A DNA stretch of 63,930 nucleotides, filler included, from Lama guanicoe (taxonomy: Eukaryota), in the NCBI GenBank assembly GCA_013239625.1. It is 130 parts of 130 records of this genome, joined end to end, with 100 filler letters (N's around TTAATTAATTAA, not from the genome) between each part and the next. Parts side by side here need not be neighbours in the genome. Positions count along the whole stretch, not along the records: positions 13,268 to 13,659 come from PNXV01059347.1; positions 13,760 to 14,151 come from PNXV01059348.1; positions 14,252 to 14,643 come from PNXV01059349.1; positions 14,744 to 15,134 come from PNXV01059350.1; positions 15,235 to 15,626 come from PNXV01059351.1; positions 15,727 to 16,118 come from PNXV01059352.1; positions 16,219 to 16,610 come from PNXV01059353.1; positions 16,711 to 17,102 come from PNXV01059354.1; 122 more parts are not named here. One strand, 5' to 3'. The notes beneath the pieces were generated by a model, which did not search any database, had not been told where the DNA came from, and was given only the letters and a program-made list of their open reading frames with translations. Below, piece after piece: positions 13,168 through 24,974 of the stretch. Each line of letters starts with the position of its first letter. The first letter of the stretch is position 1. Made by a program: the position numbers and the translations under genes.

Positions 13168-14743
13168 NNNNNNNNNNNNNNNNNNNNNNNNNNNNNNNNN
13201 NNNNNNNNNNNTTAATTAATTAANNNNNNNNNNNNNNNNNNNNNNNNNNNNNNNNNNNNNNNNNNNNCCTCAGGCAAGGTGACTGTCATCAGCCAGGGCA
13301 GTTCTAAAGAGGGCTGACAGCTGAACACTGTCAGCAGCTGTCTTCCAGCAGCTGGGGAATAAGTCTTTTACTAGAGAAAGGGGATCTGGTTGTTGAATCA
13401 TGGTGTCCACTACAACTGCAGGGTTTGTAATTACCATAGTCTTTTGTTGCCGCCAGGCAGAGGATGAGGATAAATGAGGATAATTTAAGAAATTACAAAA
13501 TAGACTTGGCTCCAGAACATTTTTAAAACAGATTGATTTTCATTCCATTCATATTTTTGACATGAAAACTTAACCCAAGGGTTCGTCCAGGGGTAAGCTA
13601 AGAATGTGTGTGTGTGTACGTAAGTGTTTCTGGTAATCCTTTCTTACCTGGAGGCTCTGNNNNNNNNNNNNNNNNNNNNNNNNNNNNNNNNNNNNNNNNN
13701 NNNTTAATTAATTAANNNNNNNNNNNNNNNNNNNNNNNNNNNNNNNNNNNNNNNNNNNNTTTCTTGGTGAAAGGATAGGAGTGTTTTTAAGGGGCTTGAA
13801 TTAAGATTTGAATATCATGTTGTTGACTAAACTAAAAATAAAATTTACCAAAAAAATGCCATTTGCATGATCTTTAAAAAAGTAATTCCTTATGTATAAC
13901 ACAGCTTTGGAGTAATTGATAGATTACAGCAAACCCATCAGTCTCTGTCTCTCTCACTTTAAAAACAAAAAAAGGATAACTTTCAGCTCCAGCACATGGT
14001 GACTTACGGCTGTGTCCACTGTCTCTTGACGTGTGTCTGATGGGTGATGGGGCTTTGGCTGTGCGGAAGCAGAATCGTACTGTGAACTTTTCTCCACATG
14101 TATGACTATCTTGTCTTCGTGATAAAATAATGATGATGATGGTGATGAGGANNNNNNNNNNNNNNNNNNNNNNNNNNNNNNNNNNNNNNNNNNNNTTAAT
14201 TAATTAANNNNNNNNNNNNNNNNNNNNNNNNNNNNNNNNNNNNNNNNNNNNGTAACTGGCTGAAAAATGCAAAGAAAGTGGTTGGTGAGGATGTTTGAGG
14301 ACCCTCTTTCTCTGGTGGAGAGCAGTCAGGAGGTATACGACACCCAGGCAGGAAGAAAAGCTTGAGACGCAGGTCAAAACACACCTCAAATGTCTTCTAC
14401 TGTAGAGCACACTGACTTGACACTATAATAGCCAAAAGCTTTCAAAGCCTAAAATGCTCTGATTTTAGTAAATACCTAGAATTCCTTTAAAAAGTTTAGC
14501 TGCCCCTGAAGCAGATACAGGGATGAACCCTTCACGTCTATACGTTACCATCGGCACACATTTAGTGACAACCCCGTGTTTCCAACCTACGTTGGTCTGG
14601 ACAAAGGCAGAGAAGTGAAAAACCTCAGAAGTGTCTCCTGTCANNNNNNNNNNNNNNNNNNNNNNNNNNNNNNNNNNNNNNNNNNNNTTAATTAATTAAN
14701 NNNNNNNNNNNNNNNNNNNNNNNNNNNNNNNNNNNNNNNNNNN

Positions 14744-15134
14744 TTCATCTGTTGATAAATATTTGGATCATTTCCAGATTTTAATTTTTACAAATAAAAG
14801 TGCCGTGAATATTCCTGTACAAGTCTTTGTGTGGACATATACTTTTATTTCTCTTGGGTAAATAGTTACCTATGGAATGGCTGCATTATATGGTATGAAT
14901 ATGTTTCACTTTTAACAGACTCTCAAACTGTCTTCGAAAGTTGGACTATTTTATATTCCCATCAGTGATATATGAGTTCCAGTTGCTACCAATCCATGCC
15001 AACACCTGGCTATTATCAGTCTGTATAATATAAACCATTCTATGGGAATGTACTTTGGTGCAGCCATTATGGAAAACAGTATGGTGATTTCTCAAAAAAC
15101 TAAAAACAGACTTACCATATGATCCAGCAATCCC
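14744..15134. mobile_element. Old antisense L1 (14744 to ~15042) abutting a younger sense L1 (~15043 to 15134)
   Basis: The left part is antisense L1 ORF2 3' sequence. The right part, tgggaatgtactttggtgcagccattatggaaaacagtatgg...ccatatgatccagcaatccc, is sense L1. Confidence 0.8.
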
Positions 15135-17202
15135 NNNNNNNNNNNNNNNNNNNNNNNNNNNNNNNNNNNNNNNNNNNNTTAATTAATTAANNNNNNNNNN
15201 NNNNNNNNNNNNNNNNNNNNNNNNNNNNNNNNNNATTTAAAATGCAGATAAAAGCCTCTGAAGGGATTTGTAAACTGTTGGGTCACCTTACAGGTAGTGC
15301 TAGGGTTGGCGGCGACCAGGGTGTGAATGGGAGGATCTTACTCCACACAAAAGCTCAGCTACTGCCTTCCACTCTGCTGTGACTTTGGGGCCCAGGGCAG
15401 AGGGCTCTGTAGCAGCAGAGCACTGGGGCCCCCATCCCCAGCCCTCTGACTGGTGTGTCTCCTCCCTGCTCTCTTGCTGCTGTCCTGCCTCCCTGCGCTA
15501 CATTTTTGGTGGCTTGGCTCCTACTTCTGGTTGCAACTGCTGCTGCCGGAACTGTGCCTGAAGGTGGAGATTAAATGGCCCTTTCTGGTTCTCTTTAAAG
15601 ACTTTATTAGTTCAAAGAAAATATATNNNNNNNNNNNNNNNNNNNNNNNNNNNNNNNNNNNNNNNNNNNNTTAATTAATTAANNNNNNNNNNNNNNNNNN
15701 NNNNNNNNNNNNNNNNNNNNNNNNNNATTAAAAAGAAGAAAGAAAAAGGTTAAATGACTAAGCTTATTAGGTGTAAAGACAATGATAAAAATATTCACTC
15801 AATCTAGAAAAAATCAAGAAGGGAAAGAGAAAATAGTAGAAATCAAAGATATAAACATAAATATATCAGAAATTACATTAAATATGTGAAGTGAGTGCTA
15901 CAATTATGTGACAAAGCTTGTCTGTTTGGATTAAAAAGGGGTAACACAACTGAAGTATGGGAAACAAAAATTAAAAGGAGAAGCATAAAAAACACAAGAA
16001 AAACATGTAAAACTAACCTATAAAAACGCTAAGTCAGACAGTTGATTTAGTTACGTAATTAGAAAAACTAGATTCTAAGGTAAGAAACAGCACTTACGAT
16101 AAAGAGGAGCTTTACAATNNNNNNNNNNNNNNNNNNNNNNNNNNNNNNNNNNNNNNNNNNNNTTAATTAATTAANNNNNNNNNNNNNNNNNNNNNNNNNN
16201 NNNNNNNNNNNNNNNNNNTTTGCTGTGATATAATGCTGGCAGAAGAGACAGATGAATCAGATTCCTCTTCTTTAAAAGAAATGATCTATATCATGTCTTT
16301 GTTGCATCTTTTCAAAGAATGCAAACACTGTAATCTCATTTTAATCTCAAATAATTTTTGAAAATTTTTTTAGACTTCTATGAAAATACAGCAGTGGTTC
16401 TTACAAAGCTGGGGTTTCAGAAAAGGGGAGACGGTCATATTGTAGACTTCTCATGTTACAGTGAGAGATATATTGTACACTAATGGCATGATATAAAAAC
16501 GGAATTGATGATGTTTGATCATTGCCATCCATTTTATAGAAATTGTAGTTTCAAAATGAAAAGATTTGATAATTCTAGTCTGAAATAAAATTTCAAAAAT
16601 GAGTCAGCTANNNNNNNNNNNNNNNNNNNNNNNNNNNNNNNNNNNNNNNNNNNNTTAATTAATTAANNNNNNNNNNNNNNNNNNNNNNNNNNNNNNNNNN
16701 NNNNNNNNNNCTCCCTGCAGGTCAGAAGAGGGTCTGGAATCTGCAGTCTGGGAGTCAGGTGCTCAACAGAAGATTTTCCTGGGAGTGATTTTCAGGCAAG
16801 GGGGGTACTGGGTGAGGCACTGACCTTGACTGAGCTGCGTGAATGGACGAATGCAGATTTCAGTCTTGCCCTGGCTGGTGTTGCCTGTGCTCACCTGTCC
16901 CTCTGGCGAGGGGGAGCCGTGTCCTGTGGTGCTTTTCCTCCTTTGTTCTCTGTTGCTTTCCCAGCTCCTGAGGCAGGGCCCAGCACACCTCTGCCCTCGC
17001 CAAATGTCTGCTTAATAAACAAATAACCATTCACTCCTTTTATCTTCAAGACATATCTGCCTTTGAGCTCTGTTAAAAACAATTTCAGGCTGGAAGAAGC
17101 AGNNNNNNNNNNNNNNNNNNNNNNNNNNNNNNNNNNNNNNNNNNNNTTAATTAATTAANNNNNNNNNNNNNNNNNNNNNNNNNNNNNNNNNNNNNNNNNN
17201 NN

Positions 17203-17594
17203 AGAGGAAACCAAAGGAAAGTGGGAGTAGATATTCTTCTATCAGACATAACAGACTAAACCAAAAATGGCAGTAAGACTACATAAAATAGTAATGAGAC
17301 AACATGATACTTAAAAGCTTCTGCACAGCAAAAGAAACAATTAATAAAATGAAAAGTCAACCTACAGAATGGGTTAAATTTTTTTGCAAACATATATCAA
17401 TTAAGGGTTAATATCCAAGATATATAAAGAACTCATTCAACTCAGTAACAAGCAAACTGATTTAAAAATGGTCAGAACAACTAAACAGACATTTTTCCAG
17501 AGAAGACATTCAAATGGCCAACAGGTATATGAAAACATACATCAAAAACCATCAGGGAAATGAGTCAATACCACAATGAGATATCACCTCATGC
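17203..17594 (+). mobile_element. L1 ORF2 fragment
   Basis: aaaagcttctgcacagcaaaagaaacaat...caacctacagaatggg...caaatggccaacagg...ccacaatgagatatcacctca. Confidence 0.9.
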
Positions 17595-18678
17595 NNNNNN
17601 NNNNNNNNNNNNNNNNNNNNNNNNNNNNNNNNNNNNNNTTAATTAATTAANNNNNNNNNNNNNNNNNNNNNNNNNNNNNNNNNNNNNNNNNNNNTTTCCC
17701 AGGAAGCTCGATAACTGATTTAAAATGTTCACATTGCTGCAAAGCTGCTGCTTAAGTCACATAATCCACTTATTTGCTAGAATTACCTTCTGTGATTGTC
17801 CATTTTTATTTTGAATGCTACCTTCTCTTTACAACCTCTAGATGCTTTATGAGATAGCAATAATAAGCAGGGGACAAAGTGCTCTTTAACAAATATCTTT
17901 CACTGATACAAAGATTTCCTCTGATATAAATTACTGCAGCAAACAAGCAGAGAAATTCACAAAGAAATTGACATTTACTGAATAGTTCTGTGTGCTAAGG
18001 GCAGTTTTGAGGGTTTTGCACAATTCTAAGGAGGTGTTGGAACTCTCAATTTGCAGATAATGAAAACAAGTCTCAACTAAATTATGNNNNNNNNNNNNNN
18101 NNNNNNNNNNNNNNNNNNNNNNNNNNNNNNTTAATTAATTAANNNNNNNNNNNNNNNNNNNNNNNNNNNNNNNNNNNNNNNNNNNNCTTCTGCACAAAAT
18201 TGATTCCATGCAGGTCTTGTAACTGTCGAAGGCTCTTCACTACGTGTCTGTATTTCAGGGCTCATAGGGATACCGTGTCGATTAGTTTTGTTGTAAATGT
18301 CTGTCATGTCTTTGAGTTACTGCGTTTGCCAATTGGTGTCATTGTTTGCTTAGTAAGAGGACTCTGGGAGATTCAAAACAATACCACTGCTGCCATCTTT
18401 CCAGAATTTTCCACCTATTGGTTTTTAATTACTTGATATTAATGTTGCTAGAGATAAAATGAGAGCCATTCTACATTCATTGATTACTTAGTTTTAAAAA
18501 GAATTTTTCTATGTCTTCTGAGCAACACATAGTAACATAAGGAATAATTTAAGAGATGGATGATTGAGTCTGGATGTTNNNNNNNNNNNNNNNNNNNNNN
18601 NNNNNNNNNNNNNNNNNNNNNNTTAATTAATTAANNNNNNNNNNNNNNNNNNNNNNNNNNNNNNNNNNNNNNNNNNNN

Positions 18679-19070
18679 GCCTCTATCTATTAAAGAGAGT
18701 GGGCCGGTAATTAATGACCCCCCGGAACGGGAAGCGCCAGGCCCACGTGGGCCACTGGCGAGCTCTATCAAGCACTGAAGGAAGAAAGTACACCCATTTT
18801 CTGCCATCTCTTTCACAGAATGAAAGCAGCACAGGGAGCCAGGTTCTCCCTAACTCACTCTGTGAGCCCAGAATCACCTTCATTCCCAAACCAGGCCAAG
18901 ACAGTACGAGAAAAGAAAACTTCACGCCAGTATCTCCCATGAACATAGGTGCAGAAATCTTCAACAAGATACTAGGTTGACTCCAACAATGTACACAAAG
19001 AATTACATACCACTCCCAAGGGGGATTTGTCCCAGGTGTGGAAGGCTGGTTCAGCATTCCAGAATCACTT
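18679..19070 (+). mobile_element. L1 ORF2 (start of RT region), GC-shifted
   Basis: Peptides LPNSLCEPRITFIPKPGQDSTRKENFTPVSPMNIGAEIFNKIL match L1 LPNSFYEASITLIPKP.KD.T.KENYRPISLMNIDAKILNKIL. Confidence 0.9.
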
Positions 19071-19170
19071 NNNNNNNNNNNNNNNNNNNNNNNNNNNNNN
19101 NNNNNNNNNNNNNNTTAATTAATTAANNNNNNNNNNNNNNNNNNNNNNNNNNNNNNNNNNNNNNNNNNNN

Positions 19171-19562
19171 CCCAGTATGCTGCTTGGCCTGAGGCTTCCC
19201 AGCACTTAAGCCTACAGGCTGCTGGGTGGGTCTGGGTCTTGGTGCTGATGACTTGATCAAGATGTCAGCCTCCAGGAAACCTCATGCAGATGAATTCTCC
19301 CCAAATGTTAGCCACCAGCTGTTCTATCCCCAGGGTGAGCCGCAGCCCTTCCGCATGTCCCCAGGAGACCTTCCAAAACCAGCAGGCATGTGTCACCCAG
19401 GTTCCTATGGAATCACTGCATCTGCCCTTGAACCTGGCGCCTGTGAGATTCTGTGTATGCTTCCCAAGAGAATGAAGTCTCTGTTTTCCCCGGTCCAGAG
19501 GGGCTCCTAGAACTAAGCCTTGTTGGCCCTTAAAACCAGATGTCCTGCAGTCTCCTCCTCCT
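19171..19562 (-). mobile_element. Probable L1 5' region, antisense
   Basis: Resembles recalled laurasiatherian L1 5' UTR in antisense (tggcctgaggc...caagatgtcagcctccagg...ccccaggagaccttccaa). Confidence 0.55.
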
Positions 19563-20154
19563 NNNNNNNNNNNNNNNNNNNNNNNNNNNNNNNNNNNNNN
19601 NNNNNNTTAATTAATTAANNNNNNNNNNNNNNNNNNNNNNNNNNNNNNNNNNNNNNNNNNNNATGCGACAGGTTTGTGTCAGAAACTAAAAGGAGAAAAA
19701 TTAAATTTGCTTCGATTCAACCATTTTTAAATGCTACCCGAGTCAATGTTAAATTAGTAAGTTTTAAGTTTATATTTTATTAATTCATACTCAAGATTTT
19801 CCTCATGTCTGTTGTATTTTTTTCCCTTAATTGATTAAATCTCTTGTATATTCACAGGAAGAAATAAATGCTAATTAATTAATTAAGGCTAAATGTGTTA
19901 TTATACTTTATACAAATTATTAACCAATATAAAGTCAAAATAGAGAAATGCAGTAAATACTTAAAAATTATATATGACAGTCTGTCACAACAATTTCATT
20001 ACTTATATGATTGAATTCAGTAGAAGACTATGCTCACAGCTAGAGAATACAGCANNNNNNNNNNNNNNNNNNNNNNNNNNNNNNNNNNNNNNNNNNNNTT
20101 AATTAATTAANNNNNNNNNNNNNNNNNNNNNNNNNNNNNNNNNNNNNNNNNNNN

Positions 20155-20546
20155 AGACACCTCACCAAAGAAGATACACAGATGGCAAATAAGGACATGA
20201 AAACATGCTCCACATCACACTTCATCGTGGAAACGTAAATTAAAACAACAAAGAGATAACACCACACACGCATTTGAATAGCCAAAATGTGGGACACTGA
20301 CCACACTAAATGCTGGCAAGAATGTAGAGCAAGGAAAACTCTCCTTCACTGCCTGTGGGAGGCAAAATGGTTCAGCCACTTTGGAAGACATTTTGGTGGG
20401 TTCTTATAAAACTACTGACTCTTACCATTCAGTCCAGCCATCATGCTCCTTGGTAGTTACCCAAAGGAGTTGAAAACATGTCCACTCAAAAGTCTGAACT
20501 GGTATGTACAGTAGCTTTTATTCATAATCACCAGCACTTGGAGGAA
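20155..20546 (+). mobile_element. L1MC-like ORF2 3' end
   Basis: agacacctcaccaaagaagatacacagatggcaaataag...cagccactttggaagaca...cccaaaggagttgaaaac. Confidence 0.88.
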
Positions 20547-21630
20547 NNNNNNNNNNNNNNNNNNNNNNNNNNNNNNNNNNNNNNNNNNNNTTAATTAATT
20601 AANNNNNNNNNNNNNNNNNNNNNNNNNNNNNNNNNNNNNNNNNNNNCAGCTAGTTAGAACTCTGAAAACATGGCCGAGAGTTTTTAGCTTGTGTATTTTG
20701 TGGAGCGTGTGTATCTCAGCACTGAGGTGGTTGTAACCAGCCGCAGTCACTGCTCTCCGTGTTCCCGTTTCCTGACGTCAGTAAATGAATCTGTCAGCAC
20801 CTATTTTCATCAAAAGCATCCCTGGTCAAAAATTCTTTCTGAAATTTCGTCAACAACATTCCTGATCAAAAACCAGTACCTGGAGGTATTTTCTTAAGAA
20901 AATGTTGGTGAAAGGGCATATTTCATAACTATCCAAAAACATAGCTGATAATTCTTTTTCTTCCATGTTTGAAGGTTACAATGGTTGCACAGGCAATTCT
21001 TGAAATATGCCCTTCTCTCGGAGAATTTCTCATGTAACNNNNNNNNNNNNNNNNNNNNNNNNNNNNNNNNNNNNNNNNNNNNTTAATTAATTAANNNNNN
21101 NNNNNNNNNNNNNNNNNNNNNNNNNNNNNNNNNNNNNNGTCACTGCTTCTAAGTTTAGATGAGGAAAACCCTCACAGTTTGTGAAAACGTGGCCTCTGTG
21201 GTGAATGGAAAGAAACCTGGATGTTAATTCCACTTTAGGAACCAGATTGTAAAGATCTCTCTGCCCAGCTGCACGTGGTGACCATTTCCTTCTCCATTTA
21301 TAGAACCTGGGGTCTTGACTCTTGGTCTTTTAATTACATTTTGTTCCTTCGCCAACTCCTCTTCACAAATTATCCATCCCCCCACCCAAAACAAACAAAT
21401 AAATGAAAACTTTTCTTAATGTTCTTCCTGTGAATATAATTAGTGGTCCTAATTGAGGGGTTGAAACTGGATCTTAGTTTTGTGTTTTCAGAAATGTTTC
21501 TAAGTCAGAATCACATGTCACATTTTCCCCNNNNNNNNNNNNNNNNNNNNNNNNNNNNNNNNNNNNNNNNNNNNTTAATTAATTAANNNNNNNNNNNNNN
21601 NNNNNNNNNNNNNNNNNNNNNNNNNNNNNN

Positions 21631-22022
21631 GACCTGGGATGTCCTAAGTGAAGTCAGTCAGGCAGAGAGAAAGACAGTCACGTGTGACGTCACTTACATG
21701 TGGAACCTAAAATGTGACACAAATGAACTTATTTATGAAACGGAAAGAGACTCATAGACATAGAGAACAAACTGATGGTTACCAAAGGGGAAGGGGAGCG
21801 AGGGGTAAATCAGGAGTTTGGGATTAGCAGGCACAAGCTATGCCATGCAAAACGGGTAAGTGATAAGGCCTCACGGCACAGCACAGGGAACTGTGCTCAA
21901 CACCTTGTAATAGTCTGCAGTGGAGAACAACGTGTGTGCGTACGCATGTGTAGCCGAATCACTTTGCTGTGCACCAGAAACTAACGCAATGTTGTACATC
22001 AACTGTACTTCAATTAAAAAAA
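21631..22022 (+). mobile_element. Cetartiodactyl-type L1 3' end with poly(A), GC-shifted
   Basis: gactcatagacatagagaacaaactgatggttaccaaagggg...caactgtacttcaattaaaaaaa. Confidence 0.9.
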
Positions 22023-22122
22023 NNNNNNNNNNNNNNNNNNNNNNNNNNNNNNNNNNNNNNNNNNNNTTAATTAATTAANNNNNNNNNNNNNNNNNNNNNN
22101 NNNNNNNNNNNNNNNNNNNNNN

Positions 22123-22514
22123 ACCCCACGCATGGTCCTGACCCCACACCCGCCATGACCCCACGCCAGGCCCCACCTAGCCCTGACCTCACGCGCCGTC
22201 CAGCCCAGCTCTGCCCCACGCCCGTCCGTGACCCCACATTGGGCCCTGACCCCACGCCGGGCCCCACCCAGCCGTGACCACAAGGCCGCCTCGCCCTGAC
22301 CTCACGCCCTGCCCTGACTCTACGCACGGTCGTGACACTACATCCGGCCCCACCCAGCCGTGACCCGATGCCCGACCGTGACCGCACGCCGGGCCCTGGC
22401 CCCACGCTCGGGTATGACCCCACGCCCGGCCCTGACCCCTGGCCCGGCTCCAACAGGCCCTAACCCCACAGACAGCCCAGCCCAGCGCTGACCCTACGCT
22501 CGACCCTGACCCCA
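22123..22514. repeat. GC-rich degenerate hexamer-based tandem repeat, telomere-like (CCCTGA/CCCCAC variants)
   Basis: Repeated ccctgacc, gaccccac(g) and ccgtgacc, plus one ccctaaccc. Strong C-strand bias. Confidence 0.7.
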
Positions 22515-23179
22515 NNNNNNNNNNNNNNNNNNNNNNNNNNNNNNNNNNNNNNNNNNNNTTAATTAATTAANNNNNNNNNNNNNNNNNNNNNNNNNNNNNN
22601 NNNNNNNNNNNNNNAAAAAGTAAGCCACTTATTGATTATTCACTTTCTCAAAAAACACAAATGAGAGAATGCAATAAACACACCGAGGATTCATTAGCCC
22701 TTGCAAGATAGGAAGAAATCCTGGACAGAGAACCTGCAATTTTTTTCCCTTACCTAAGTTTGCATTTCCTCATGTATTCCAGGCTCCCGTGTTTTCCCAC
22801 CCCTTACAGGGTAAAGGAAACTGTAGCTACAAGAGTCCTGTATAGGAAGGTCACAAGCATCTTAAAGCTACTTGTTGCTGATGGCTTGTATCCTCTAGTT
22901 TGCAACTCTGAGAAATAATATCAACCAACTATTGCCATATATCTACTTCTAGCCAACTTTTAGTGTCATTCTTTGTCATTGCATCTTTGATACTGGTTGT
23001 ATTTTTNNNNNNNNNNNNNNNNNNNNNNNNNNNNNNNNNNNNNNNNNNNNTTAATTAATTAANNNNNNNNNNNNNNNNNNNNNNNNNNNNNNNNNNNNNN
23101 NNNNNNGGCTTTGGGAGCTGTGAACAAGGAACTGTGCACAGAAACCAAAGTCAATGACCAGAGGTATCCTTGTCCTGAA

Positions 23180-23498
23180 TCACAGCAGGGAAGGGGCCTC
23201 CTCTCCTTTCTCTCCCGGCTTTCAGGGAGGTGAGGACCTTGGTGTGAGAGGACGGGTCAGATCCTATCTGAAGGAACCACGCCTTGGCGACAGAGAGAAG
23301 AGTCCCGGGTCCTCCCAGGAGTCAAGGTGAGGGCCCGAGGGAAGGGTGAGGGGACCCGCACGCCCACAACAAAGATGGGACACCAAAGTAAACCTCGTTC
23401 AGCCCTAGAAACCCTGGGAAGGTCGATAAGCTTGTCCTCCCACAAGGCCACTGGGTCCCCACCTGTCACCGCTGCCCAGACTCCTGTCAGCTGCCAAC
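23180..23498 (+). other. MAGE-A/B-like 5' non-coding exon/intron repeat region
   Basis: cagggaggtgaggaccttggt and ccaggagtcaaggtgaggg...gagggaagggtgaggggacc...caaagatggg resemble the repeated upstream units of X-linked MAGE genes (recalled). No CDS is present. Confidence 0.5.
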
Positions 23499-24090
23499 NN
23501 NNNNNNNNNNNNNNNNNNNNNNNNNNNNNNNNNNNNNNNNNNTTAATTAATTAANNNNNNNNNNNNNNNNNNNNNNNNNNNNNNNNNNNNNNNNNNNNTT
23601 AAATTAAAATTTTCAGGCAAATTTTCCAACAGAGAATGAAAAATGTTTCCAAGTGTATCTTTTAGATTTTTTACATTGAGTTTTATTTAGTTATTTACTA
23701 TTTATGCAAGTAATATTTTCAAAGTTGCAAGGGTATGGAATATAATAGTAGACACAGTACCTTGAATGGGTGACAGCTTCCTGTCAAAAAGATCAGAACA
23801 ATAAAAATTAATACTCTTACTATTTCCCAGTGTGGAAGAGCTGGGTATTATTATCTCTGTTTCTCATATGAGAACCAGTTTCTTAACTGGATTTTTTGGT
23901 TTCACTTTTCATGTGAACACAGCTTGCCTTCATATCCCTTTCAGACTCTCTGACCCGCTGCTTTCCTTCCTTCTGTTTCTTGTCTATCTCNNNNNNNNNN
24001 NNNNNNNNNNNNNNNNNNNNNNNNNNNNNNNNNNTTAATTAATTAANNNNNNNNNNNNNNNNNNNNNNNNNNNNNNNNNNNNNNNNNNNN

Positions 24091-24253
24091 GCCCACTTCT
24101 CCCTGATCCACTATGCGGGCACCGTGGACTACAACATTGTCGGCTGGCTGGACAAGAACAAGGACCCCCTGAATGAGACTGTGGTCGGGCTGTACCAGAA
24201 GTCCTCAGTGAAGACTCTGGCTCTCCTCTTCGCTGCAGCTGCAGGCTCTGAAG
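24091..24253 (+). CDS. Partial exon of a fast skeletal myosin heavy chain (MYH1/MYH4-like), motor domain up to loop 2
   Basis: Frame from 24091 reads [54 protein letters not shown], then G|GTCATT and AT-rich intron. It is absent from the ORF track because it has no start codon. Confidence 0.93.
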
Positions 24254-24582
24254 GTCATTTTTAATATCATTAACATGTTCCTAGAGTTTCCTCAGAGACA
24301 GGTATAGTTATAGCACAACCTAATATGAAAATACTGGCTAATATGGAGCTAATGAAAAGGTGTATATGTAGTAAGTGTGGCACAATCTTAAGATCACAGA
24401 GTTTTAAAGCTAAAATTGACACTGTGGATCTTTCTGTCCATGACTTAATTTCACCAATGAGGAAACAGAGGTGAAGCACTCANNNNNNNNNNNNNNNNNN
24501 NNNNNNNNNNNNNNNNNNNNNNNNNNTTAATTAATTAANNNNNNNNNNNNNNNNNNNNNNNNNNNNNNNNNNNNNNNNNNNN

Positions 24583-24974
24583 GTGAAGGGAGACAGGGCT
24601 CCTTGGAGACACGTCTTGTCCTAGGGTTGACAAGGAATAGACAAGATGAGCCTGTAAGGAGAGCGAGAATGCAAGTGCTACTGACACAAAGGGCTGAGGG
24701 CATGTGAAAGGGACCCGATGTCCACTGAAAGGGCTGCCAGTGGCCAAAGCTGGAGCAGTTTGAGCATAAAAGTAAATGGCATAGAACTGGATTATAAACC
24801 AAAGTTCAAAATATTCATAAGTCCATACTGATGTGTATGGTGGGTTAAATACATAAATAGGGAGAATAGATAAATATTCCATATAGAAGAATGCTGAATA
24901 ATTTATGTAGATATCACCCCCCATGACTGCAAAGAGGTGGACCACTCAGGTATGAGTCTATAACAGAAAACAAA
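24583..24974 (+). mobile_element. Old L1 (L1MC/MD) 3' UTR
   Basis: ctgaaagggctgccagtggccaaagctggagcagtttgagcataaaa...tggattataacc-like motif. Confidence 0.65.

Noticed and set aside
19872..19886. Linker 12-mer inside a contig (19875-19886)
   Set aside because: It has no flanking Ns and sits in AT-rich sequence within a normal-length contig. It is most simply a natural (TTAA)n run.
22067..22453. Gly/Val/Pro-rich protein ORF
   Set aside because: Product of the GC-rich hexamer repeat, with no recognisable domain.
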